Under the pieces are notes generated by a model, which saw only the letters and a list, made by a program, of their open reading frames with translations, had not been told where the DNA came from and made no database searches. From the NCBI GenBank assembly GCA_964579515.1, contig CAZOHA010000001.1, positions 163,484-227,483 of the forward strand: a DNA stretch of 64,000 bases. Reading direction: 5' to 3'. Position numbers and translations under genes: made by a program. Shown piece by piece: positions 8,839 through 18,075 of the stretch (positions within the stretch are counted from its first letter, which is position 1; each line of letters begins with the position of its first letter). Source of the stretch: an uncultured Bacteroides sp. (lineage in GTDB: Bacteria; Bacteroidota; Bacteroidia; Bacteroidales; GCA-2748055).

Positions 8839-10674
8839 ATGTGTGGAATTGTCGGATATATCGGGCACCAGGATGCATACCCCATATTGATCAAAGGACT
8901 GAAAAGGCTGGAATACCGCGGCTACGATTCGGCAGGGGTGGCCCTTCTGAACGGAGCGACCTCCATTTATAAAAAGAAAGGAAAAGTATCGGATCTCGAA
9001 GACTATGTCAGGGGAAAGGAGACCACCAGCACCATCGGTATCGGGCACACCCGCTGGGCCACCCATGGTGAGCCGAACGATATCAACGCCCACCCCCACC
9101 ATTCCATGAACGGTCTGTTCACCATTATCCATAACGGGATCATTGAAAACTATTCCGTTCTGAAGAAAAGCCTGACCGATCAGGGGATGAAGTTCTACAG
9201 TGAGACCGATACGGAGGTACTGGCCAACCTGATCGAGTATATCTACACCTCGCAGAAGGTGAGCGTGGAAGTGGCGGTGGGGCTCGCATTACAGAAAGTG
9301 ATCGGTGCCTACGGACTGGTCGTGCTCTCCGGCGAGGATCCCGATTTGATGATCGCTGCCCGTCGAAGCAGTCCGCTCGTGATCGGACTGGGCAACAATG
9401 AATATTTCATCGCGTCCGATGCAACCCCCATTATCGAGTATACCGACCGGGTCATTTACCTGAATAACGACGACATGGCTCTTATCAGGCGGGACGAACT
9501 GGTCCTGAAAAACCTGGGCAGCGACGGGATCAAGGTCAATATCCAGACCCTCGACCTGGGCATCTCTGAAATTGAGAAGCATGGTTTCGATCATTTTATG
9601 CTCAAGGAGATTTTCGAGCAGCCCCGTTCGATACAGGACACCTTCCGGGGCAGGATCAATCCCGATACCAATCAGATCAGGCTCGGGGGATTGCACCAGG
9701 TAAAAGACAGGCTGGTCCATGCCAGACGGATCGTGGTGATCGCCTGCGGAACTTCCTGGCATGCGGGACTGGTCGGTGAGTATCTGATTGAAGATATGGC
9801 GCGTATCCCGGTGGAGGTGGAGTACGCCTCCGAATTCCGGTACCGAAACCCGATGATCGGGCCGGAGGATGTGGTTCTGGCCATCAGCCAGAGCGGAGAG
9901 ACCGCCGATACACTGGCCGCCATTCAGCTGGCCAGGCAGGCGGGTGCGCTGGTGCTCGGGATATGCAATGTGGCCGGATCCAGTATTTCAAGGGAAACGG
10001 ATGGGGGGGTCTACACCCACGCGGGAGCAGAGATAGGGGTGGCATCCACCAAGGCCTTTACCGCACAGGTAACGGTGCTGACTATGATGGCGATGATGAT
10101 CGGCCGGGAGAAGGGTTTGCTTTCCGATGAGCGTTTCACACGTCTGATCTCCGAGCTGAGCGATATTCCGGCGAAGATTGAAACGATCCTGGAGCAGAAC
10201 GATGAATTCAAGAGGATCGCCGAGATCTACAAAGATGCGACCAATGCCCTCTACCTGGGGAGGGGAGTATCGTTCCCCGTGGCACTGGAGGGTGCGCTCA
10301 AACTGAAGGAGATCTCCTATATCCATGCCGAGGGGTATCCTGCAGCGGAGATGAAACACGGACCCATCGCTCTGATCGATGAGAATATGCCGGTGGTCTT
10401 CATTGCCACACGCGACAGTTCCTATGAGAAGATCGTCAGCAATATCCAGGAGGTGAAGGCCCGGAACGGGGTGGTGATTGCCATTGTGACAGAAGGAGAT
10501 ACTTCCATCCGGAACATGGCCGACCATGTGATCGAGATCCCCGAAACCGATGAATCACTGGTGGCGCTGCCCTCTGTGGTGCCGCTGCAACTGATCGCCT
10601 ACCACATTGCGGTGATGCGGGGATGCAATGTGGATCAGCCCAGGAACCTGGCCAAATCAGTCACAGTCGAATAA
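8839..10674 (+). CDS. glmS: Glutamine--fructose-6-phosphate aminotransferase (isomerizing)
   Basis: MCGIVGY N-terminal nucleophile, two SIS domains, C-terminus KSVTVE. Confidence 0.97.
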   Translation: MCGIVGYIGHQDAYPILIKGLKRLEYRGYDSAGVALLNGATSIYKKKGKVSDLEDYVRGKETTSTIGIGHTRWATHGEPNDINAHPHHSMNGLFTIIHNGIIENYSVLKKSLTDQGMKFYSETDTEVLANLIEYIYTSQKVSVEVAVGLALQKVIGAYGLVVLSGEDPDLMIAARRSSPLVIGLGNNEYFIASDATPIIEYTDRVIYLNNDDMALIRRDELVLKNLGSDGIKVNIQTLDLGISEIEKHGFDHFMLKEIFEQPRSIQDTFRGRINPDTNQIRLGGLHQVKDRLVHARRIVVIACGTSWHAGLVGEYLIEDMARIPVEVEYASEFRYRNPMIGPEDVVLAISQSGETADTLAAIQLARQAGALVLGICNVAGSSISRETDGGVYTHAGAEIGVASTKAFTAQVTVLTMMAMMIGREKGLLSDERFTRLISELSDIPAKIETILEQNDEFKRIAEIYKDATNALYLGRGVSFPVALEGALKLKEISYIHAEGYPAAEMKHGPIALIDENMPVVFIATRDSSYEKIVSNIQEVKARNGVVIAIVTEGDTSIRNMADHVIEIPETDESLVALPSVVPLQLIAYHIAVMRGCNVDQPRNLAKSVTVE

Positions 10675-10685
10675 GTAATAGTCTT

Positions 10686-10717
10686 TAAAGTCGATAAAGT
10701 CTTAAAGTCGTAAAGTT
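10686..10717. repeat. Four tandem TAAAGTC/TAAAGTT heptamers (spacing 9, 8, 8 nt) between convergent glmS and rfbB
   Basis: Read directly: TAAAGTCGA TAAAGTCT TAAAGTCG TAAAGTT. The last copy overlaps the rfbB stop. Confidence 0.8.
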
Positions 10718-11768
10718 AGCGGTGGCCGTACTGCTTTTCGTAGTATTTCTGGTAGGCTCCGGTGGTGACTCTTTCCATCCACTCCTGATGGTTCAGGTAC
10801 CAGTCCACGGTAAGGGAGAGTCCTTCTTCGAAGGTGACCGATGGTTTCCAGCCCAGTTCATTCATGACCCTGCTGCTGTCGATGGCATACCGGAGGTCGT
10901 GGCCGGCCCGGTCCTTCACGAATCGGATCAACTCCTCTGAAGTTCCCGGCCGGCGGTCGAGCTTTTCATCCATGATCCGGCACAGCAGACGGACCAGGTC
11001 GATATTCCTCCATTCGTTGAGTCCCCCGATATTATAGGTCCGGCCCGGAACTCCCCTGTGGTAAATCAAGTCGATGGCTGCTGCGTGATCCTCCACGTAA
11101 AGCCAGTCGCGGATGTTCTCTCCCTTCCCGTAAACGGGGATCGGCTTCGAATGTAAAATATTGCGGATGGCCAGGGGGATCAGTTTTTCAGGGAACTGGT
11201 TGGGGCCGTAATTGTTGGAACAGTTGGAGAGCACCACCGGCAGGCCATAGGTGTGATGGTAGGCCCTGACCAGATGGTCCGAACTGGCCTTGGAGGCCGA
11301 GTAGGGACTGCGGGGGTCGTAGGGGGTCTTTTCGGTGAACAATCCCTCTTTGCCGAGGCTGCCGTACACTTCATCGGTGGAGATGTGGTAAAAAAGCTTT
11401 CCCCCGGGATCCTTCCAGGAGCTCCGGCACACATTCAGCAGGTTGACCGTGCCCACAATATTGGTCTGGATGAAATCGAGCGGATCGGCAATGGAGCGGT
11501 CCACATGCGATTCGGCCGCCAGGTGGATGACACGGTCGATCCGGTATTCGCTGAAGAGATCCGAGAGGAGTTTTTCATCGGCAATGTCGCCCCGGATGAA
11601 GCGATAATTGGACCGCCCCTCCACATCTTTCAGGTTCTCCAGGTTCCCAGCGTAGGTCAGGGCATCCAGATTGAGTACTGTCGACCCGGGATATCCGAGG
11701 ACAAATCTCCGGACCACATGAGAGCCGATAAAACCGGCTCCTCCGGTAATCAGAATGCTCTTCTTCAT
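10716..11768 (-). CDS. rfbB: dTDP-glucose 4,6-dehydratase
   Basis: GGAGFIGSH Rossmann motif and YSASKASSDHLVRAY (YxxxK). The start is set at MKKSILITGG (ATG 11768), forming an ATGA overlap with the galE stop; the tracked ORF is 11 codons longer. Confidence 0.92.
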   Translation of the reverse strand: MKKSILITGGAGFIGSHVVRRFVLGYPGSTVLNLDALTYAGNLENLKDVEGRSNYRFIRGDIADEKLLSDLFSEYRIDRVIHLAAESHVDRSIADPLDFIQTNIVGTVNLLNVCRSSWKDPGGKLFYHISTDEVYGSLGKEGLFTEKTPYDPRSPYSASKASSDHLVRAYHHTYGLPVVLSNCSNNYGPNQFPEKLIPLAIRNILHSKPIPVYGKGENIRDWLYVEDHAAAIDLIYHRGVPGRTYNIGGLNEWRNIDLVRLLCRIMDEKLDRRPGTSEELIRFVKDRAGHDLRYAIDSSRVMNELGWKPSVTFEEGLSLTVDWYLNHQEWMERVTTGAYQKYYEKQYGHR

Positions 11769-12796
11769 GGCTTTTGCGTTGAGCGCAGGTTTTTCTCCCA
11801 TTCCCAGGCCGAGGCCAGCGTCTCCCCGATCCCGTACTCAGCCTTCCATCCCAGCTCCTTATTGGCGAATGAAGTGTCGGCGTACACCTGCTCCACATCC
11901 CCTTCTCTCCGTCCCACCACCCGGTAGGGCAGTTTCCGGCCGGTGACCCGTTCAAAGGCATGGATGATCTCAAACACCGAGTGACCCCTGCCGGTTCCCA
12001 GGTTGAATACTTCATAGGGACTCTTCTGGTTTCCCTCCAGCATCCGCCGGATGGCGACCAGATGGGCCCTGGCCAGGTCCACCACATGGATGTAGTCACG
12101 GATGGCCGATCCGTCGGGAGTCCGGTAATCATCTCCGAATACCTTCAGAGAGTCCCTGACCCCGGCAGCGGTCTGGGTGATGAACGGGACCAGGTTGTTG
12201 GGTACCCCGGTGGGCAGTTCGCCGATCAGGGCCGAGGGGTGGGCGCCAATGGGATTGAAATAGCGAAGGGAGATCACCCGTAATTCCCGGTGGGATGCCT
12301 GAGCATCCCTGAGGATCTCCTCGGAGATCTGTTTGGTGTTCCCATACGGGGAACTGGCCGGCTTGACAGGGGCCGATTCGTTCACGGGAAGCCGGTCAGG
12401 CTCCCCGTACACGGTGCAGGAGGAAGAAAAGACCACCGGCGAGGTTCCGCTTACTTTCATAACCTCCAGGAGGTGGATGAGGGAAAGCAGATTGTTCTCA
12501 TAATATGCCAGGGGTTTCTCCACACTCTCGCCCACCGCCTTGAGGGCTGCGAAGTGAATCACCGCTCCGATCTCCGGATACCTCTCAAAAAGAGAATACA
12601 TCGAGTCCCGGTCCCTCATGTCCAGTTTTTCGAAATGAGGCCTTTTCCCGGTGATCTGTTCGATCCGGTCGATGACCTCTGCGGATGAGTTGGACAGATT
12701 GTCAATAACTACCACCCCGAAACCTTCTTCCAGCAGCTCCACCACGGTGTGGGAACCGATGTATCCTGTCCCTCCGGTGACCAGTATGGTTTTCAT
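11765..12796 (-). CDS. galE: UDP-glucose 4-epimerase
   Basis: GGTGYIGSH and YGNTKQISE (YxxxK). 343 aa. Confidence 0.9.
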   Translation of the reverse strand: MKTILVTGGTGYIGSHTVVELLEEGFGVVVIDNLSNSSAEVIDRIEQITGKRPHFEKLDMRDRDSMYSLFERYPEIGAVIHFAALKAVGESVEKPLAYYENNLLSLIHLLEVMKVSGTSPVVFSSSCTVYGEPDRLPVNESAPVKPASSPYGNTKQISEEILRDAQASHRELRVISLRYFNPIGAHPSALIGELPTGVPNNLVPFITQTAAGVRDSLKVFGDDYRTPDGSAIRDYIHVVDLARAHLVAIRRMLEGNQKSPYEVFNLGTGRGHSVFEIIHAFERVTGRKLPYRVVGRREGDVEQVYADTSFANKELGWKAEYGIGETLASAWEWEKNLRSTQKP

Positions 12797-12802
12797 AAGA
12801 GA

Positions 12803-14095
12803 TTAAAGGCTCCAGTAAGTAAATCCGTTGATCTTATCTCGGAAGATCCCTTTCAGGTCGGCGAATACCGCTCCTTCGTGGGTGATGCTTCTGAAATAGT
12901 CCTCGTCCAGCTCTGCGTACTCTTTGTGATTTACGGCCACCACGATCCCGTGATAACGCCCTTCGATTTCAGGAGAGAGCTCGAAATCGTACTCCTCCCG
13001 TATCTCTTCCGGCGATGCATGGGGATCCACCACATCCACTTTAACCCCGAACTCCTTCAGCTCGGCGATCACATCAGCCACTTTGGAATTCCGGATGTCG
13101 CTGACATTCTCTTTGAACGTGGCACCCATCACCAGGACCCGGCACTCCTTCAGGTTGGGAAAGTTGGAGGAGAGTTTCAGAGTCACCTGCCGTGCCACGT
13201 AGGCTCCCATGCCGTCGTTGATCCCCCTGCCCGAGTTGATGATCTGGGCGTGGTGACCGAATTTGGCCGATTTATAGGTCAGGTAGTAGGGATCGACACC
13301 GATGCAGTGGCCTCCTACCAGCCCGGGATAGAACCTCAGAAAGTTCCATTTGGTGCCTGCCGCTTCCAGCACTTCGTAAGTGTTGATCCCCATCTTGTTG
13401 AAGATCATCGAGAGTTCGTTCATGAATGCAATGTTGATGTCCCTCTGGGAGTTCTCGATGATCTTGGCTGCTTCTGCAACCTTAATGGAGCTGGCCCTGT
13501 GAACACCGGCCTCGATGACCAGTTCGTAGGTTCTGGCGATCTGTTCGGACGATTCCGCATCACATCCCGAGGTGACCTTGGTGATCCTGGTCAGTGTATG
13601 TTCCCGGTCTCCCGGATTGATCCGCTCCGGGGAGAAACCCACCTTGAATTGTTCCATGTAGCTGAGCCCGGAAATCCTGCTCAGCAGTGGGATACAGTCC
13701 TCTTCGGTGCAGCCGGGGTAGACCGTGGATTCGTACACCACGTAATCTCCTTCCGAAAGCACCCTGCCTACCGTTTCGGTGGCCGATAACAGGGGACGCA
13801 GATCCGGTTTTTTGTGCACATCGATGGGAGTGGGCACCGCAACGATATAAAATGAGGCCTCCTCCAGATCCGCGATGTCGGAGGTATATTGGATGTCACA
13901 ACCCTCGAAATCTGCGGCCGACAACTCATTGGAGGGGTCCACCTTGTTTTTCATCATTTCCACCCTGTCCGGTTTAATGTCAAAACCGATCACTGACACC
14001 TTGCGGGCGAACTCCAGGGCGATGGGCAGGCCCACGTATCCGAGGCCGATGACTGCCAGTTTCTTCTTTTTGTTTACTAAATCGTCGTAAATCAT
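12803..14095 (-). CDS. UDP-N-acetyl-D-hexosamine 6-dehydrogenase (WbpA/WbpO/TviB family)
   Basis: NAD-binding GLGYVGLP and catalytic Cys context GGHCIGVDPYYL. 430 aa. Sits in a WbpB/D/E-like gene context. Confidence 0.85.
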   Translation of the reverse strand: MIYDDLVNKKKKLAVIGLGYVGLPIALEFARKVSVIGFDIKPDRVEMMKNKVDPSNELSAADFEGCDIQYTSDIADLEEASFYIVAVPTPIDVHKKPDLRPLLSATETVGRVLSEGDYVVYESTVYPGCTEEDCIPLLSRISGLSYMEQFKVGFSPERINPGDREHTLTRITKVTSGCDAESSEQIARTYELVIEAGVHRASSIKVAEAAKIIENSQRDINIAFMNELSMIFNKMGINTYEVLEAAGTKWNFLRFYPGLVGGHCIGVDPYYLTYKSAKFGHHAQIINSGRGINDGMGAYVARQVTLKLSSNFPNLKECRVLVMGATFKENVSDIRNSKVADVIAELKEFGVKVDVVDPHASPEEIREEYDFELSPEIEGRYHGIVVAVNHKEYAELDEDYFRSITHEGAVFADLKGIFRDKINGFTYWSL

Positions 14096-15051
14096 GATTT
14101 TATGGAGTTGATGATTGGATGATATTCTCCCTGAATACCCACCGGGGTGGTTCGGCGTATTTCATAGACCGTTTCGATGGAGTTCCTGGCGGCCTCCACG
14201 CCGTATCCGTCACCCCTCAGAATATGCTCATAAGAGACCGTGTGAAGATCGGTGAAACCGCCGCTGAATTCGATCTCCTCATCATCGACGGTGATGGACC
14301 GGTAGGTGCGTTTTCCGGATGCTCTTATCTCCTCCGGAATGTCATTGTAATCGATGCTCAGAAACCAGCGCACCCGGGCTTTTTCCAGTTCAAGGTATCC
14401 GGCAGCTTTCGAATTGGTCAGCAGATGGACCACATGGTGTGTCGGTTTCCCGAATATCCAGGTGAGCATATCGAAGAAATGCACTCCTATATTGGTGGCA
14501 ATTCCTCCCGATTTCTCTTCATTTCCCTTCCATGAATAATAATACCAGTTCCCCCTGCTGGTGATGTATGAAAGGTCGATATCATAAACCTTTTCGGCCG
14601 GATCATTCATCACCTTTTCGCGGAGTCCGGCAATGGCCGGATGATGCCTCAACTGAAGGATATTCCATATCCGTTTACCCGTTTCGGCCTCGTAATCCTT
14701 CAGCGCATCGATATTCCACGGGTTGAGCACGAGCGGTTTTTCACAGATGGCATCGGCTCCGTTGCGCAATGCAAAACGGATGTGTGAATCGTGAAGGTAA
14801 TTGGGAGAACAGATACTCACAAAGTCCACCCGGGTGCCTTCGCGGTTCAGTTTGGCGATATGCCTGTCGAACCGTTCAAATTCGATGAAGAAATCGGCTC
14901 CGGGGAAATAGCTGTCCATAAAACCCACACTGTCGAAGGGGTCCAGTGTGGCTACCAGTTCGTTTTCTGTTTCCTTAATGGCCCTGACATGCCTGATGGC
15001 AATGTAGCCCGCCACACCGATCAGAGCGAAATTTACCGGAGCTTTCTTCAT
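14092..15051 (-). CDS. Gfo/Idh/MocA oxidoreductase, WbpB-like (UDP-GlcNAcA 3-dehydrogenase family)
   Basis: N-terminal Rossmann segment (FALIGVAGYIAIRH). 4-nt overlap with the downstream dehydrogenase start. Lies between the WbpA-like and WbpD-like genes. Confidence 0.75.
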   Translation of the reverse strand: MKKAPVNFALIGVAGYIAIRHVRAIKETENELVATLDPFDSVGFMDSYFPGADFFIEFERFDRHIAKLNREGTRVDFVSICSPNYLHDSHIRFALRNGADAICEKPLVLNPWNIDALKDYEAETGKRIWNILQLRHHPAIAGLREKVMNDPAEKVYDIDLSYITSRGNWYYYSWKGNEEKSGGIATNIGVHFFDMLTWIFGKPTHHVVHLLTNSKAAGYLELEKARVRWFLSIDYNDIPEEIRASGKRTYRSITVDDEEIEFSGGFTDLHTVSYEHILRGDGYGVEAARNSIETVYEIRRTTPVGIQGEYHPIINSIKS

Positions 15052-15055
15052 TTGT

Positions 15056-15631
15056 TCAACCGATCTTTTCTACCTGTTCTTCATGCAACCGATACTTCTC
15101 CTTACTCTCGGGACAGATCGCAACGCCTTGCTGATCAAACTGAAGCCGGTGCCCGTATTGGCTCATCCAGCCCACCTGACGGGATGGATTTCCCACCACC
15201 AAGGCATAGGGTTTCACGGACCTGGTGACCACTGCGCCCGCCCCGATAAATGCATAGGAGCCTATTTCGTTCCCGCAGAGGATGGTTGCATTGGCGCCGA
15301 TGGTGGCCCCTCTGCGGACATAGGTTTTGATGTATTCGTTCCGCCTCACCACGGCACTACGCGGATTGATCACATTGGTAAAAACCATCGAGGGACCCAA
15401 AAATACGTCATCTTCGCAGATGACCCCGGTATATATGGAGACATTGTTCTGGACTTTGACATTGTTCCCCAGGACCACCCCGGGCGAGACCACCACGTTC
15501 TGGCCCAGATTGCAGTTTTTTCCAAGGACGCTGCCGGTCATAATGTGGGTGAAATGCCATATTTTACAACCGTCTCCAATGGTTACGCCCTCGTCGATCA
15601 CGGCTGTTTCATGTGCAAAATAATCGTTCAT
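15056..15631 (-). CDS. Hexapeptide-repeat N-acetyltransferase, WbpD-like
   Basis: Left-handed beta-helix repeats ([23 protein letters not shown], etc.). The start is set at MNDYFAHE (ATG 15631), an ATGA overlap with the upstream aminotransferase stop; the tracked ORF is 33 codons longer. Confidence 0.8.
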   Translation of the reverse strand: MNDYFAHETAVIDEGVTIGDGCKIWHFTHIMTGSVLGKNCNLGQNVVVSPGVVLGNNVKVQNNVSIYTGVICEDDVFLGPSMVFTNVINPRSAVVRRNEYIKTYVRRGATIGANATILCGNEIGSYAFIGAGAVVTRSVKPYALVVGNPSRQVGWMSQYGHRLQFDQQGVAICPESKEKYRLHEEQVEKIG

Positions 15632-16773
15632 TTGAATTCCGCGAAAAAGTGATGGATCTGATCCGAGATATAAGACAGTTGTTCTTCGCTCAGTTCTGTA
15701 TGGATGGGCAGTGACAGAACCTCTCTGCACAATCGCTCCGAAACCTGGAAATCACCCTCCCCGTATCCCAGGTCACGGTATGCTGCCTGCAGATGAATGG
15801 GAACCGGGTAATAGATCATGGAGGGAATTTGACGTTCTTTCAGCCGATCCTTCAGCTTGTCTCTGGATTCCGGTTCCACACGCAGGGTGTACTGGTGAAA
15901 TACATGGGTGGAGAAGGCGGCCCTGAACGGAGTCCGGATTTCGGGGATATCGGAAAGGAGGTGATCGTATCGGGAAGCGGCATCCTGCCTGGCTTTGTGG
16001 TAAGCATCCAGATATTTCAGTTTAACCAGAAGGATGGCTGCCTGGAGGGTATCCAGGCGAGAGTTCATTCCAATAAAATCGTAAAAGTAGCGCTTCTTCA
16101 TACCGTGGTTCACCACGGCACTCAATCTCTGGTTCAAGGATTCATCCCTGGTAAATATCGCTCCTCCGTCCCCGAACGCCCCCAGGTTTTTGGATGGAAA
16201 AAAGCTGGTGGTTCCCATGTCCCCGATAGTTCCGGCCTTCCGGGAAGATCCGTCACTGAAGAGGTACTCTGCCCCCAGTGCCTGCGCATTGTCTTCGATG
16301 ACAACCAGACTGTGCTCCCGGGCAAACTTCATGATCTCTTCCATGGGGGCACACTGTCCGAACAGGTGGATGGGGATGATGACTCTGGAGCGTGGAGTAA
16401 GGACTTCATGAAGCTTTGCCGGATCGAGATTGAATGTTTCCCGGTCCACATCCACCAGGACAGGCTTCAATCCGAGGAGCCGGATCACTTCCACGGTGGC
16501 AATGAAGGTAAAGGGTGTGGTGATGACCTCATCTCCCTGTTGAAGATCCAGTGCCATCAGGGCAGCCTGCAGAGCATCCGTCCCGTTGCCGCAGGCGACG
16601 GTGAAAGGGATTTCTAAATAGAGGGAGAGTGCATCCTGGAATTCATAAACCGGCTTCCCTTTGATAAAGGCGGTGGAGTCGATCACATTATGAATGGCAG
16701 CATCCAGCTCTTCCTTCACTTGAAGGTATTGCCTATGAAGGTCCACCATCTGTATGTTGCCCGGGATGCCCAT
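15628..16773 (-). CDS. DegT/DnrJ/EryC1/StrS-family aminotransferase, WbpE-like
   Basis: PLP-lysine context [17 protein letters not shown]. The start is set at [16 protein letters not shown] (16773; alternative 16749). The 85-codon upstream extension in the tracked ORF has no family resemblance and runs into the divergent gene. Confidence 0.85.
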   Translation of the reverse strand: MGIPGNIQMVDLHRQYLQVKEELDAAIHNVIDSTAFIKGKPVYEFQDALSLYLEIPFTVACGNGTDALQAALMALDLQQGDEVITTPFTFIATVEVIRLLGLKPVLVDVDRETFNLDPAKLHEVLTPRSRVIIPIHLFGQCAPMEEIMKFAREHSLVVIEDNAQALGAEYLFSDGSSRKAGTIGDMGTTSFFPSKNLGAFGDGGAIFTRDESLNQRLSAVVNHGMKKRYFYDFIGMNSRLDTLQAAILLVKLKYLDAYHKARQDAASRYDHLLSDIPEIRTPFRAAFSTHVFHQYTLRVEPESRDKLKDRLKERQIPSMIYYPVPIHLQAAYRDLGYGEGDFQVSERLCREVLSLPIHTELSEEQLSYISDQIHHFFAEFK

Positions 16774-16873
16774 ATTCTTGATAACAGGACGAAGATAGTA
16801 AAAATCACGGGTTGATAATTTGGTTTTGAATTCGTTCCGTGAAGGTGTACTTTTATCTGACAATCGGTAATCT

Positions 16874-17992
16874 ATGATCGTTGGAAGATACGTTCGGCAG
16901 CTTCTCAGTGAAGGAAAGCGTGTCGTATTACCCGGATTCGGAAATCTGGAAGTGAAGGAAGGGAAATCGAGTGTCCCCGTATCCGGGGCCAGGATCGAGC
17001 CGCCCGGGATATCGGTGGTGTTCAACACCGGTTACAGCAAGGATGACGGGCACCTTTCCACAGCTTATGCAAAAGGGGAGGGACTGGACGAGGAAGAGGC
17101 CAGGCAGCGGGTGCTGGAGCTGGTGGATGCCATCCGGTTCGCCCTGGACAAAGGGGAGTCATACAGGCTTCCGGAGGCGGGCACATTTCAGAGGGATCCG
17201 GACGGCAGAGTGTACTTTACCCCGGATCCCGGATGGGTGGTGGCACCCGGACAATTCGGCCTGGAACCGATGGAGATCCTGGAACTGGAAGACCTTTCTG
17301 AAGAGGAGGTACCGGAACCTGAACCTGTCCCGGAAGTAGTGGAAGAGAGCCCCGGCCCGGTGGCCGAAGGAGCGCCCGCCGCAACGGAACCGACACGAAA
17401 GGCAGAGGATCTGAAACCCTGGGAAAGGGAAGATTCGAAGGGTTCCCTCCGGAGGACCAGGCGGTGGAGAGCCATCTGGATCGTAACAGGATTGCTGATC
17501 ATCCTGCTGGTTGTTCTGATCATTGTTCCCGTCGATATTTTACGCAATCCTGAAGGTCCATCCGGACCGCTGATCGAACGGGAGGGACCGGAACGCCCGG
17601 CTGTGCAGGGTGAGCCACAGGAAGAAGCCCCGCCTGTATTAAGCAATGAACGGGAGGAGGTGCAGACCGGGGCGGACATTGAAGGTGAAGAAGAGCAGAC
17701 CGCGGGCACCATTGAACGTGAAGAGGAGCAGCCGGTGGAGACCGGTCCGGAACGGGAGCGGGCTGCTGCCGATTATTACATCATTGCCGGCAGCTTCAGG
17801 AACCTTGCCAACGCCTCGGAAATGCAGGACCGGCTCAAGGCCATGGGCTATCCGGCCGAAGTAATGATCACTGAGAACAGGATGTACCGTGTCAGTGTGG
17901 CTTCCTATGCCCTGAAGTCGGAGGCCGAAGCCGGGTTGAGGAACCTGAAGGAACAGCCCGGGCTGGAATCGGTGTGGCTGCTTTCCAATTGA
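16874..17992 (+). CDS. HU-like N-terminal domain / TM / SPOR-domain protein
   Basis: The N-terminus VVLPGFGNLEVKE is HU-fold-like. An acidic, Pro/Glu-rich linker surrounds one TM segment (AIWIVTGLLIILLVVLIIV). The C-terminal SPOR-like domain reads YYIIAGSFRNLANASEMQDRLKAMGY...YRVSVASY. Confidence 0.75.
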   Translation: MIVGRYVRQLLSEGKRVVLPGFGNLEVKEGKSSVPVSGARIEPPGISVVFNTGYSKDDGHLSTAYAKGEGLDEEEARQRVLELVDAIRFALDKGESYRLPEAGTFQRDPDGRVYFTPDPGWVVAPGQFGLEPMEILELEDLSEEEVPEPEPVPEVVEESPGPVAEGAPAATEPTRKAEDLKPWEREDSKGSLRRTRRWRAIWIVTGLLIILLVVLIIVPVDILRNPEGPSGPLIEREGPERPAVQGEPQEEAPPVLSNEREEVQTGADIEGEEEQTAGTIEREEEQPVETGPERERAAADYYIIAGSFRNLANASEMQDRLKAMGYPAEVMITENRMYRVSVASYALKSEAEAGLRNLKEQPGLESVWLLSN

Positions 17993-18075
17993 ACGGGCTG
18001 GTGTGTACGGCTGCAGTCCGGCTGTTTTCCGGCTGCAGGACTGCTTCCCAATTGCAGGGACTGATGTGGGGCGGT

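Noticed and set aside
11575-12132. 185-aa minus-strand ORF spanning the galE/rfbB junction
   Set aside because: It is out of frame with both well-supported SDR genes and has an Arg/Trp/Pro-rich composition.
16774-17028. 85-codon N-terminal extension of the aminotransferase ORF (tracked as 15628-17028)
   Set aside because: The extension (MLNTTDIPGGSIL...) bears no resemblance to DegT-family N-termini. It overlaps the divergent HU/SPOR gene start at 16874 and would eliminate the shared promoter region. The family-typical start, ...MVDLHRQY, lies at 16773 or 16749.
17993-18075. Repeated CGGCTGCAG / GCAGTCC...GGACTGC elements between the SPOR gene and metG as a terminator
   Set aside because: Only a 7-bp stem with an 18-nt loop can form and no T-tract follows. 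This is too weak to call.
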